NCBI GenBank assembly: GCA_964016885.1
Contig: OZ024749.1
Location: 47,678,001-47,742,000 of the forward strand
DNA length: 64,000 bases
Reading direction: 5' to 3'
Source of the DNA: Eledone cirrhosa
Lineage: Eukaryota
In this document: piece by piece, positions 43,598 to 57,292 of the stretch
How positions within the stretch are numbered: position 1 is the stretch's first letter
Layout: each line of letters starts with the position of its first letter
Notes under the pieces: generated by a model
What the model was told of the DNA's origin: nothing
Seen by the model: only the letters and a program-made list of their open reading frames with translations
Database searches by the model: none
Translations under genes and position numbers: made by a program

Positions 43598-44132
43598 GCC
43601 GCCTTAACAATGAAACAGGGATGATTTAGTATTGTTATTTAGTGATAAATAAACAACCTCTCTGAAAGTAAAATGCTTGAAATATTTGGTTTGAAAGTAT
43701 CGTGATGATCTCAATTTTGTATATAATTTCAAATCACCAAAAATGAAATGAGTATGACGGAAAGGATATGAGATGTGCTTTTATTAATTTCAATTATTCT
43801 TGAATATCTAGAATTTAAACATAGAATAGGTTACGTTATTAAATATACGTATCTCTAGAACCAAAACGTTAATTACTAATTATCAACGGAGAAAATATGT
43901 GTACTAATATTGAATTTGTTTAAATGTTTCATTGAAGTAGAAAGAAAGTAAAATTGTGACACATTAACTTCTGAAAGATCATATCGATGCAATCTAGAAA
44001 TTGCCGCCATCGTTATTAATTTTAAACATGTTATGCTATTTAATTATTATAATTTTTATTTTTTTTAGGTAAAGAAACATTAATCTGCACACGTAGCAAT
44101 AATAAACATAGCTATCTATACACAGATATATG

Positions 44133-44187
<55 letters not shown>

Positions 44188-44194
44188 TTATATA

Positions 44195-44380
44195 GAATTC
44201 ACGCAACAGTTAGCTCACAATAACCGGGAACAATTGTTTCGACTTTTTACTCGGATCATCAGCTCGGTTAAATTGAAATTGTACGGAAAAGGAAAAACAA
44301 TTTCAATTAGACTGATGATGATCCAAATAAGGTGAACACATTGTTTTCGGTAATGGTGAACTAAATGTTGTGGAACTACC
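44195..44380. mobile_element. Head-to-head inverted pair of family B hammerhead elements
   Basis: Minus 44267-44224: CCGAG-CTGATGA-TCCGAGTAAAAAGTC-GAAA-CAATTG-TT-CCCGG. Plus 44312-44350 is a decayed CTGATGATGATCC..AAGGTGAACACATTGTTTTCGG with the family B tail. Confidence 0.7.
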
Positions 44381-44460
44381 TCGACCAAACTCGTTCAATG
44401 GATTGAATGCTCTGCTAGTACGAACACAACACAGCAGTGTTCTACATCTATAAAAAAAAA

Positions 44461-44492
<32 letters not shown>

Positions 44493-44911
44493 CTGTGTGT
44501 GAGTGTGTGTGTTTGTGTGTTTGTGTATATGTGTGTCTGTTTGTGTATGTGATGTGTTTCTAAGGACATATTTAATTAAGTGTCCCTACACCTGCCAGTT
44601 ACTCTAATAATCTTCATTCATGCTGAAATCAGGTTTGTCAGTTATTAAAACTAAGTTGCAGGATATAGGAAATATAGAAATAATACCTTCATTCAATCTT
44701 AATCTTTATGATGAATGCCAAGTTTTGCATGAAATATATCTTTGTGTATCTAACATCTTAAAACGATTTTATATTTTCTAGTAAAATCTCTCTCGTTGGA
44801 ATAGATATGGTGACAACTGCGTTTGAGATAAAGAGAGAAAAGTGGAGGGAGACGGAAATATACAAACAATAAGACAGATAGAAAGAGACAGACAGACATA
44901 TAGACATATGT

Positions 44912-45022
<111 letters not shown>

Positions 45023-45454
45023 CTCCTTCAGAAGGAATGTTTACTCCCATGCTATGACATGTGTGTATGTAACGTCTACGAAAAGCAGGCGTCAGAAAGA
45101 AGAACTAGAAATTCCCTATATGGATATGTTTTACCTTTAAATTAGAAATGAGTGAATTATTATATTCAATGAAGTTATATATTTCGAAATATTATTCCAT
45201 TTATTTTGTTAATAAGAGCTTTTTGGTTGTGTTTTCTATATATAATTATGTTTTGCATAAATTATTTATGTTCATCACATTCTCGCAACTGATGCAGCCA
45301 GACGATGCGGTGCCACTCAAAACGAGTTGGTACACAGCCGACGACACTAAGCTGTATTTTCCGTTATGCATAGAAATATCTCGCTGTTGTGGACAGTCCA
45401 GTCTCTGATGAAGTTGGATCAACATTTACCTATTCTGCGTATCCTTCACCAGTT

Positions 45455-45670
45455 CATTGTTTAAGCAGAACATTTTATTTCACTTCATTTAACCTAGCTT
45501 AAATCTAATAACCTGTGTAGTGGACTGGAAATTAGTTGGTCCTAATTCGAGTGAGCATCCTTGTCAGATATTGTCACACTGAAACACATGTAAGGAAGCA
45601 CGTGAGTGTGAAATGTTCATCCACAATTTACAGCTTAACTTCACGAGCAGGTAATTCGGTTGATCGAAAC
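45455..45670 (+). mobile_element. Diverged SINE S2 copy
   Basis: ACATTTTATTTCAC..TGTCACACTGAA..TTCACGAGCAGG. Confidence 0.5.
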
Positions 45671-45751
45671 CACATAAGTATATGGTCTACAGCTGTATAT
45701 ATATAACATTATAATACAATTATTATAAAATCTGAAGAGGGCTCAATAAGG

Positions 45752-45820
<69 letters not shown>

Positions 45821-45822
<2 letters not shown>

Positions 45823-45957
45823 CGAAGGAAATGTGGTAAGGAACCAGATGGACCATAACGCACCAAAGTACTCAATACTTAGGGTAGTAGAGTGGGTAAT
45901 AGTAACGAGTAGGACCCCGACGGCTGAGCTCAAGCTGCCGGGGTCCTACTCGTTCCT
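45821..45957 (-). mobile_element. Family A copy, folded back at helix III
   Basis: Full tail, then AGGACCCCGACGGCTGAGCTCAAGCTGCCGGGGTCCTACTCGTTCCTA. Confidence 0.85.
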
Positions 45958-46053
45958 ATATATATATATATAGAGAGAGAGAGAGATATATATAGATATA
46001 TAATCCTTATCGAGCCCTCTTCAGATTTTAGTCTCCGCATTTATTATTACTAA

Positions 46054-46173
<120 letters not shown>

Positions 46174-46647
46174 TCATATATTCATACGTTCATATATTCA
46201 AAGGACACGAGATCACTCGCGCACGTACATATATATCCACATATTTTTCACGTGACACATCGATTAGAACCTGACTAATATATAAAACACGACGAAGAGA
46301 AGAAAAAGGACAACCAAAAGAAAAAAGAAACAACAATAAATAAATAAACATGAAAATAAAGTACACAAAGAAAATAATGAAATAAATGAATGCTTAACAA
46401 AAGATGTGTTTACAGAATTCACTTCGATAGAAGTTTGGAAGGACTTTCAAAAAATGTTCTTTATCGTCTGTTAACCACACACCACTGAAAGTGAGAACAA
46501 TTGAGAACACAAAGCGTAACATATATAATAAATAGGCATTGGTTTGTTTTACGTAAATTTTTATATATTGTCTAATATATTTCTACGTTTTTGATTTTAT
46601 CGGATAGTCAATTTCTTTGTGCTTGGCAGTCTAGTAGAATTTGTTTA

Positions 46648-46985
<338 letters not shown>

Positions 46986-47122
46986 TATATATATATGTAT
47001 ATATATATATAATATATATATATACATATATATATATACTTACGTGTGTGAGTGTGTGTATGTGTATATGTATGTATATATGTGTATGTACATATATATA
47101 TATATGTATATATATATATATG

Positions 47123-47226
<104 letters not shown>

Positions 47227-48267
47227 TGGGGGAGTGTATGTATGTATTTGTAGTTGTTGCTTTTATTGACTATGTTTTAAAACTACGTGAAATCGACGTG
47301 TTTTGAAAAGAGCAGGCAACAGAAATATTTGTCGTAGTTATTCTGAAACGGCGTAGTATAAAACATGCTGAGGCAATCTTCATTGATATACTTGTCAGAC
47401 ACACCAACGATGAGAATATTCCTGGCGCCTTAATTTCTAAAAAGAAATTAGCTTGGGAATTCCATGTTATACAGATAAGTCTTGAGAACCTACTGAAATA
47501 GCTGAAATGAACGAATGAACGTAATAGCGATGTTTTCATTAGAATAAGAACATTGGCGGATTCAGCAGCCAATGCTTCATAAACAATAGTAGCTTCATCA
47601 ACAGCAACAACAACAATTACAACATGATGAAAAACCAAGGTAAAATGCCAACTATGTAAAGCAGATAAACAACGAAAACAACACCAGTAATGATAGCATC
47701 AAAAGAGGAAGACAAACTACACTTACAATAGTATGAGTAGCAGCGTTAGCATAGTGAATCAATTAGTAACAACAATAACTTCATCAGCAATAAAGAATGA
47801 ATAATTACCATGTACAACAAGAATTACCACGTGGACAACTTCAACAGTTACATAATCACTAAAACATCAATCAACGACGTGAAAGAAATTAGGAATGAAA
47901 ATAAAATATATATAACATAATACAATATTTAACAACACGACAAATAATACAATTTATCTACATTATTATTGATATAAGAAAGAACAAAGTTTCATTAACA
48001 ACAACGATCAAATCTAGAAATATACATAATAAATTATTAAAAATGTATCGATGTCAAATATAAACGAATTAATACGACATTTAATAAAGTCATCATTATA
48101 AGCGGTAATATTGATTTGTAATATATGTGCGAAAAGCGTAGACAATTATATCGACCCGAGTATCTCTTTTTCTAGTAGAAAAAGTTAATCACAGTATGAT
48201 TTGAACTCAGAACGTAACACAGATATTCACATCATTTTCTTCGGTTCTCTCAAGATCCTTGAAATGA

Positions 48268-48532
48268 TCTTCATCATCATCAACATCAACACCATCACGA
48301 TCACCACCATCGACATCATCACCATCATCATTATTATCACCATCATCATTAACATTGCCATCTTCACCTCAACCATCATTATCGTCGTCACCACCATCAA
48401 CATCGTCATAATTATAGCTGTCAGTAATAGATATATCACCATCAGTAACATAATTTGTATAATCATCACCATACCCTCTACCAAAATCATCAATACCATC
48501 ATCCTCATCTGCGGCCTACCTATTACCATCAG
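48268..48532. repeat. Degenerate (CAT/CAC)n low-complexity tract
   Basis: Direct reading; gives poly-I/T and poly-M ORFs. Confidence 0.85.
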
Positions 48533-48833
48533 CAGAGTTCATGAAGAAGCTAATTTATGAAATAGGCAAAATCCACTTTTCCATTATTTTGTCTATGTGA
48601 CTAGACATATAATCATAATGCATTGCTTTATCTCCAAACTATAATTGTAAAGGATATAGTGTTGCATCTTAGTAGGGATAGGTCTTTTTAGATAGGTGCA
48701 AGTACTGATGGTATACCATTGTGATAATTTAGGTATGTTTCATTTAATCATGACGTAGCTATCTCCCTATCACTCTATATATCTATGTGTATATCTGTCT
48801 CCATCTCACTTACTATATATCTCTTTACACACA

Positions 48834-48872
<39 letters not shown>

Positions 48873-49637
48873 GTGGGGGGGGGGTGCGTGTGTGTGTATT
48901 AATGTAAGTATGTGCACGTGTGTGTTTGTGAATACATGTCTGTATGCCTGTGTGTATATGTTGCCCACAGGATATAGTCATTTTGATTTATTGCCAACTT
49001 TGAAAGCACCACTTCCTCAAATTAGGTTACATTAGTAGCCGAAAGTAATTCTAACAGGACACTTAGATAAGATGCTGATGACAGTCAAATCAGCAATGTA
49101 GAAATACGAAGCTGTTTGATGCACGAGTATATATATCCGTCTATCTCGTAGTGTATTCAATTAACGTACATACATATTCTCTCTCTATATATATATGTAT
49201 ATACAGTGCAATTCATGTATGTATATACAGTGCAATTCCATTAGAATAATACATAAACCTCTGCGACTATTGGAGGAGTAACCCGTCGTTCTATTTGTGA
49301 TATTGTTGTGTTTAGTACCATATCAGCTATTCTTCAGTTGATATATGTAATACTAATTGTGTAAGACTATAAGAAACGAAAACCCTTACACACTACCATA
49401 TATATAATGTGTCACATTTTTTCGCGAATTATGTAATATTTCAGAAATGCAGCAATTAGGAATAAATAGTTTGTTTCTTACAAGGACTAGATAACTCTTT
49501 ATATCCTTTTCTCCAAAAAAACATGATTTCGCTTCCATGTACTCAAATAAATTCAATCAATTTCGACGTGCGTGTGTGCAGTTAAAGCAAATGCACTTTA
49601 CAATTTTATATATGTAACCCATAATATAGTTTTCAAT

Positions 49638-49665
49638 CTTCTTCTTCTTCTTCTTCTTCTTCTTC

Positions 49666-49754
<89 letters not shown>
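49638..49754. repeat. (CTT)n(TTA)n compound microsatellite at the 3' junction of the R4/Dong element
   Basis: Direct reading. Confidence 0.92.
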
Positions 49755-49755
<1 letters not shown>

Positions 49756-52700
49756 AGTTGCATTTATCTTGCTTTATGTTCATTCGAGTTATCACCAAGT
49801 CACAACCAGTGACCTCAAGAGACAACAAGGTCCGCCATGTTCAAGAAAGAACATACATACTCACACATACATCTTTAGTGTTTAGACTTGTGATGTACTT
49901 ATATTGACAGAATCTTCCTTAGTATATGGGCAGTTCCCATTAGTACTATATTTTGTATTTCTCCTATACGCGGTTTCCTGGGATTTGCGATAAGTAATCA
50001 ATAGACCCCTTAGGTATCATTCCCAGAGCGCCTACAACCACTGGTATTGTTTTAGTTCTCAATTTCCACATTTTTCCAATTTCTATCTCCAGGTCCTTAT
50101 ACTTGCTCAATTTTTCAAATGTTTTTATAGATACATTCTTGTCTATTGGAACAGACATATCAATTAGCAGGCATACCCTCTTTTTAAAGTCCTTCAATAT
50201 TATATCAGGTCTATTTGCATCTATTTTTCGGTCTGTTTGGATGCTAAAGTTCCACAGGATAGAGATGTGATATTTTTCAAGTATGGGAGGTGGTTGATGC
50301 TCCCACCAATTCTTTTGATGGGGCAGGTCAAAATGCTTACACATTATCCAATGTATGTATTGTGCAGCTCTGTAATGCCTGTTTAGGTATTCGGTTGGAG
50401 CTATAGGACTGCACATTGAAATTATATGGTCAATGGTCTCTGGTTGTTTTTTGCATACACGGCATAATGGGCTGCATCCATTTTTTATTATGTTGGCTTG
50501 GTAATTTTTTGTTGGCAGACACTGATCTTGTGCTGATATAATCAGTCCTTCAGTCTCCGATTTCAGTCCAGAGGATGCCAACCACTGATGGGTTAAAGTT
50601 TTGTCAACATCAGGATTGTTAGCTCGCTCTGGGTATTTTCCATACAGAGGCTTTTCTTGCCATTTCTTAGCCAGTTTCTGTAGCAGTTCTTTCTTTGCAG
50701 TTACTTTTACCTGCTTTGCTTTTTCTGTGTTTTCCATTTCAGCAGTAAATGGGACTTCTGAAATGTGTAGTCCATTACTCTATCTTTGTGCATCTTTTGT
50801 AATGGAATATGATCCTTTGATGCTTTCGTGTTTCAAAACGAGTTTGATCATCCAATCATGTGATTCCCTGAGATATGTAGATAATCCAATTGTCGCAGTT
50901 TTCAACGAAATGTTTAACTGGATTAACCCACGTCCTCCTTCTTTCCTAGGGAGATATATTCTATCTATATCTGCCTTAGGGTGATGCATTCTGTGCATGG
51001 TTAAGATTTTTCGAATTTTTGTATCCAGCCTACGGATCTCTGTGCTTGACCAGTTGATGACATTGTAAATGTAGGTTACTACTGGTATGGCAAGCGTGTG
51101 TATGGCATCGATCCTATTCCTTGCATTCAATTCCGTTCTTAAGATTGCTCTTACTCTGCGGTAACATTCCTTCCTTATCCTTTCCCTCATTGTCGAGTGC
51201 TTGATTCCGTCTCCTTCACAAACACCTAGATATTTGTAAGTTTTTTCTTGATCAAGTTCTCTTATCACGTTCCCCCGATCAAGATTAATGTCTGAACTCT
51301 TCAGCAGCTTTCCTCTGGTGAACGTTGCTTTGGCGCATTTATCTAGTCCAAACTCCATTTTAATGTCATCACTGAACTGCTTCACAGTGGATAATAGCCC
51401 TTGCAATTGTTCATCATTTTTTGCAAATAGTTTCAGGTCATCCATGTAGAACAGGTGATTAATGGTTTTGTCATATACTTTATATCCATGTTTTGTTTCA
51501 TTGAGCATTTTACTTAATGTTATAAGTGCGATGCAGAATAAAAGCGGTGATAAAGAGTCACCCTGAAAAATTCCACAATTAATATTAACTTCTCCAGCTT
51601 CCAGTGATTTTGTTTCACTATTCAAAAGGAGTGTCGTTTTCCATGTCTTCATAGTGAATGACAAAAACCTGCTGACAACGGGGGATATTTTGAAAATCTC
51701 TAAACATTTTTCAATCCAACTGTGTGGCAAACTATCGAATGCTTTTTTATAATCTATCCAAGTAATCGATATATTTTTGTGTCTATTATGACAATCTTCC
51801 AGTATCATTTTGTTAACCAGAAGCTGATCCTTACAGCCATATGAGCCTCGTTTACACCCTTTCTGCTCAATGGGAAATAGGTCATGTGTTATCAGGTGGT
51901 CATATGTGTATTCAGTTAGGACTGATGTTAAAATGTTATACATTGTGGTCAAGCAAGTTATCGGTCTGTAATTTTTGGGATTGTTTGTCTCATCATTCTT
52001 CGGAAGCAGGAACGTAATGCCGTTAACTAGCCATGATGGTATCTTTTCTGGCCCCTTAACTATTTCATTGTAAAGTTGGGCTAACAGCTCATGAGACTCT
52101 GTGAAGGCATTTATCTAAAAGTTTTGTATTTTGTCTTTTCCTGGGGATTTCCATTTGCTGGTTTTTCTTAGAGCCAAGCGCAACTGTTCAACTGTTATAT
52201 TTTCCCATATTTGTTCCTCAAGGTGAGCTGTATCTTTCATTGGTCTGTCTATCCATGGGGCATGTATGTTATGAACTTTTTCTTCGGCCCAGATCTTTTC
52301 CCAGAATTCTTGCACTTCCTCCTTGGGTGGTATTCATTTAGCAGTTATTGTTGACTTACCAATTTATCTGTAGAAGTTTCTTTGGTTGTTTTTGAACATA
52401 TAGAATCTTGAATTTTGAAAATATAAAATCTAGAATTTTGAACTTATAGAATCTAGATCGTTTTTCAAAGCGCCTTATACGAGCAGCTTTGGCCGACACT
52501 TTTTGCTTGATTATATCTATCAGCATGTCTATGTCACATGTTGATTTTATACACTACTTTTTTTTCAATTTTCTAAGTTTAGTTTGTTTAACATGTTCAC
52601 CTAATTTATAGTTTGTTAAAATTTCTATGTCAGATCGGAGAAGGTTTATTTGGCGATTGATGTTCTCTTATGAAGTAGATTTCGTGTGGGAATTCCTTTG

Positions 52701-53238
52701 TTTTTTCATCTTCACTCCACATAAGTGAGTGGTGACTTTAGCCGATGCATAATAGAGATGATTTAAATCAGTAATGTTTAGTTTCTTTGTGATGATAATG
52801 TTTTTGAGAATGATGTTAGGCTTGTGTATTATCTTTTGGTTCTGTTTGGAGTTCTGAATCTTAGGGAGGGTGTCTCGTTGCCCCATGTCAGATTCTTTCA
52901 TTTTCATCCATTCGATCATAATTTCATCCTTCAAGTTGGGAAGTTCATTCTCATTCATTTCATTATCATTTACGATCTCATTATTTTCATTTGGAGTTTC
53001 ATCCTGAGCATGCACTCCCTCCACTTTTTCGATCCTTTCTTTAATTTGTTCTGTTGCCAGTGATTCCGCCCCAACCCTGAGGTTCGAAGTGTTACAGTTT
53101 ACCTCATTTTCACTGACACATGTTTCATTTTCCTTTCGCTGACTTTGTGCTAATAGCTTGATCTGATCAATTTCTATATCAGTTAGTAACTTTTTTCTTA
53201 CAATATTTCTTCGTATATTGGCTAGTTTGTTACTGTCA

Positions 53239-53240
<2 letters not shown>
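49755..53240 (-). mobile_element. R4/Dong-type non-LTR retrotransposon (RT + CCHC + restriction-like endonuclease), 5'-truncated and disabled
   Basis: KWKSPGKD, EQKGCKRGSYGCKDQLL, WIDYKKAFDSLPH, GIFQGDSLSPLLF, HLFYMDDLKLF, YKYLG, CRVCKKQPETIDHIISMC, NRPDIIL..LIDMSVP..KLSKYKDL, and C-terminal IVLMGTAHILRKILSI* (stop 49899-49901). In-frame stops near 50780 and 52115 plus frameshifts; (TAA)n on both sides. Confidence 0.93.
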
Positions 53241-53269
<29 letters not shown>

Positions 53270-53270
<1 letters not shown>

Positions 53271-53424
53271 ACCAAGCAGTCATTGAACATGGCCGTCAGC
53301 TTCGGGTGGAGGGATGTTAAATTGTTAATCCAATACCCCTGCACACCATCTGGGCCTGGTGATTTCCAGTTGGTTAGTTTTTTGGCCTGCCTTTTAAGAG
53401 TTTCAACTGTGATACTCAAATCAG

Positions 53425-53430
<6 letters not shown>
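53270..53430 (-). pseudogene. Internal RT fragment of a second R4/Dong-like lineage between TAA tracts
   Basis: QTDLSITVETLKRQAKKLTNWKSPGPDGVQGYWINNLTSLHPKLTAMFNDCL is homologous to, but clearly different from, ITVEQLRLALRKTSKWKSPGKDKIQNF in the neighbouring element. Confidence 0.8.
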
Positions 53431-53483
<53 letters not shown>

Positions 53484-53987
53484 CCCACTTATTCCTGTGA
53501 GGGGTGTGGGCCAGAGTCTTCAAACATTCCCTCCTGCTTGTCCTGTCAGATCCGGCTGAATCCCAACGCGAGGCCAGTATAATATTTGTTTCATCAATCT
53601 GGATTGACGAAACACGTGTACTTAACGTTACGCAACTAATGCATTGGACAAAGTAAATCGTTTTTTATATCCATTATATTGGCTCCATAAATGCTGCCAT
53701 GAATGTCATTTGATGTTTTCTCACTTATTACTTAGCACCCCACGCATATTTCACTGAAAACCTTGTTATTGATATCAAACAATGTTTTCAACATCACAAT
53801 ATAATCTCTTAGTCAAGACACGATGTTTTCAGAGAAAATGTGAACTACATTTTGTTTTCTTAAATCAGAAGTTTAGGTTGTTTATACTTTGGTTTCGGCG
53901 TTTGTCTAATTGGATATTGTCAGTGTGTAGAACTTTGAAAGGAATATATATAAATATGTATATATATATATATACACAAATGTGTGT

Positions 53988-54040
<53 letters not shown>

Positions 54041-55085
54041 TATGTGTGTGTGTGTATGTGTCTGTGTATGTGCGTATGTATGTATGTGTGCGTGTAAAGT
54101 GAATTAAAGAAAGCGAGAAGACAAGGAAATTATAAACCTATATGATTGCCAGTTCTTTTCAAATCAGATATTACTAACATATATATTTTATGAAAACAGA
54201 TAAGATCAAAATGTTTGTCATCATTAGTGAGAAACCAAGGGGAGTTAATCAATGTTTTTCGACTATATGCAGAATCCTTTTCACCTCTTAAAACATACTT
54301 GTATCGTTTTGACGAAAGCCAAATGTAACCCTTCTTTCTTCGGTATGAGGAAGACGAAAACAAGAAAGTTCAAAATTACAACTTAAATATATGACCACTT
54401 ATTATCATGTTATTTATAAAGTGTAAAAGGTGAATATATTTTCTAGTTCCTATTTTGAGAAACCAATTTATCCAGAATATGATACTTTCTGAAAAAGCCT
54501 AAGGCTCATTACAAAAATCAATAAATAATTCCTAACGTACAAGGATAGATAATTACATTATTTAATGTGAAAGGAAGAAAGCAAGATACAATGGAGGTGT
54601 AATTTGATTTAAAGAAATAGAATTAGTTCCATTATTGAAGTCCTTATCTAGCACTCTTCAACTGTTGAATACCTATATAAAGCAAAGGCACATGTATTGA
54701 TATATGTGCGTTCTCAATTATGCCTTATTCGGTACGTTGGACTGGACGATATTTATTTTCTCGATGCCGGAAAAGATGGAGAGTAATGTTGACCTCGATG
54801 CACCGGGCTGAAATTTGAGTTTGTATTCTGAAGGGAAAAGAGGACACATGTGTCATGGTTATCGTTGCAGTTAATAATTTAAGTAGATTACACATCTCCG
54901 ACATTTTAACTCTTATTGGAATGTATATTAACATTTATTTATGCGTCCTCATAATTCCTTAAATTTCATTACCTATAATACACCTAACCTTCATATGACT
55001 TCTGTCGATATTATCCTCTCCATTGTTGGTTTGTGCATGCAAATACTTGAAAGACGAAGAGAAAGTGCGAGAGAGATGGAGAGAA

Positions 55086-55146
<61 letters not shown>

Positions 55147-55854
55147 GATAGAGAGAGAGGAGATAATGTAGTGACAGTGAGAGGGAGAGAAATAGATGAC
55201 TGTCGGAGAGACACGGATAGAGAGAATGGGATGACAAAGACAGACTGAGATTTAGACAGGAAAAGAGAGTGCTGTTATTTCAATTCAAATCACAGAGAAA
55301 CGGAACAGTAACATGGACATTTTATCACCTGCTGTTAATCAATGTATCACATCTTATTTGTCGATAGTATATTTTCCCGAATATATTTGACGTAACATTT
55401 AGGTTTCAATTTTATAATCTGAACACATTCGTATTTATATCTATTTTTTATTGAATCGCGCTCACACTCGATCAAATGTAGCGTTTATTTTTTTTTTTTT
55501 GTAAAGATTTTTAGTATGTGTATACTACAAGTATGTTCGTTCATATAGATCAATGAGATATTATTGCAAGTAAGTAATGCCCACGTCACTGATTACTTGG
55601 ACATATTTACAATATTTAACAGGGTACACCATTCAATATCGCATTAAAATAACATATATTTTAATTTCATATATATAAATACACACACACACACAGAGTG
55701 ATAGGTGGATGTGTGTTCAGCAAACTGAACAAGCAAGTCGAAAAGACGTCGCATCGCAGTCGGGTACATGCATCACTATATACCTCTGAGTTTCCCCATG
55801 AATTCAGATATATTATAATTTTTAGATTCCCTGATCTCAGCACTGCAGAATCTC

Positions 55855-55945
55855 CCTATTTTCCCATTATCCACTCTACTACCCTAAGTGGTGACTACTC
55901 TAGAGAGTTATGGTCCAGCTGGTTCCTTACCACACTTCCTTCGTT
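55855..55945 (+). mobile_element. Family A tail only
   Basis: CCACTCTACTACCCTAAGT..GTTATGGTCCA.CTGGTTCCTTACCACACTTCCTTCGTTA(TA). Confidence 0.75.
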
Positions 55946-56702
55946 ATATATATATATTATTAAAATATATATATATATATTTATTAAAATAACAGATTAA
56001 AGTGTAAGCTAAGAATCACTATTTGTCCGTGAGTTTTGCGTCTCTGTGAGTATGCAGGTTCGTACGTATGTAGTGTATGTGTGTACTTTGTGTTTTGGTT
56101 GACGTAGTTTAGCAAACATATGTGTATTTACTTGTAGGTATGTGTGTGCGCGCATTATATAGGTATTTATGTGTTTATATGTATATACGTTTATATAATT
56201 ATATGTATACAAGCTCACACACAAGCATATATATATATATATATATTTTATATATATATGTTTATGTGTATTTGATGTATACATTGCGTGGGGTCTGTAT
56301 GTGCGTGCGTGTTTTTGTGTGTACGCGCTGGTATTTACATACCCATGACGGGTGTTTTCGCGTATGCATGTGAAATGTTTATATGGATGCGTGCATATAT
56401 ATATTTAATGTTTGTTGATTTCAATTACCTCTGTAATTTATTTACATTATTCTTAACTCTGAAGCCGAGATTCATTCGGCTTCCTAGTTAGAATTTTAGT
56501 CTAAGACTTCAGTTATACCATACACGTGTTTTTGTCTTTGCGTGTAATTCTTCTCACGCTTCACACGATGACGTATTATCTTCGTTTTTTCCGTTCATTG
56601 CCAGGGAACGTTTCCACGAACCAAAGTATCGTCTTCTTGCCTTCCTTCGGTTGCAACGGTTTTCGAAATATTTACTTCTGCGTTTACAAATTGATTTTTT
56701 TT

Positions 56703-56751
56703 GTTTCAGAACATCCCGTTAAGGGTGAAAGCAGCGATTCTTTGCTTAAAC
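56703..56751 (+). ncRNA. Degenerate hammerhead-like motif
   Basis: GTTT-CAGAACA-TCCCGTTAAGGGT-GAAA-GCAGCGATTCTTTGC-TT-AAAC: all three helices can pair and helix II resembles family B, but there are two core mismatches. Confidence 0.4.
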
Positions 56752-56859
56752 TTTACACTGTTATTTTAATAAATATTTGCTCTACCGTTCTTATATATTT
56801 GATATATATTTATCTTTATCAAGCCCTCTTTGGATTTTAGTCTTCAAATTTATTATTAT

Positions 56860-56896
<37 letters not shown>

Positions 56897-57104
56897 GTAT
56901 ATGTTGTTTTTTTACCGACACCTCAGTATGCATATTAGAGCTCTGGTCGAAGTAGGCAGGTTGTTTTATTTACTCCGGAGTAATGTAAATATCATTCCAG
57001 TCCCTCAAGGAAATAACAACACAACCAGGAGCTGGACATATCGATGTATTGACGGAGTAAAACACACTTCAACAACATGTGAACCTGTCTTTTCCATACG
57101 AAGA

Positions 57105-57158
57105 ATGCCTGAAGAGGTCACAGCCAATGATGGCTGTCACGGAAATATATATAGCGGT
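57105..57158 (+). ncRNA. Type I hammerhead ribozyme motif
   Basis: ATGC-CTGAAGA-GGTCACAGCCA-atga-TGGCTGTCACG-GAAA-TATATA-TA-GCGGT: intact core, strong helix II, palindromic helix III, weak helix I. AATAAA and (TA)n follow. Confidence 0.65.
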
Positions 57159-57214
57159 ATATCTATAATGTATAATAAACGAAGCCAAATTTTACATATA
57201 TGACTCAATTAACT

Positions 57215-57292
<78 letters not shown>

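Noticed and set aside
45404-45430. CTGATGAAGTTGGATCAAC hammerhead start
   Set aside because: No GAAA or helix III follows.
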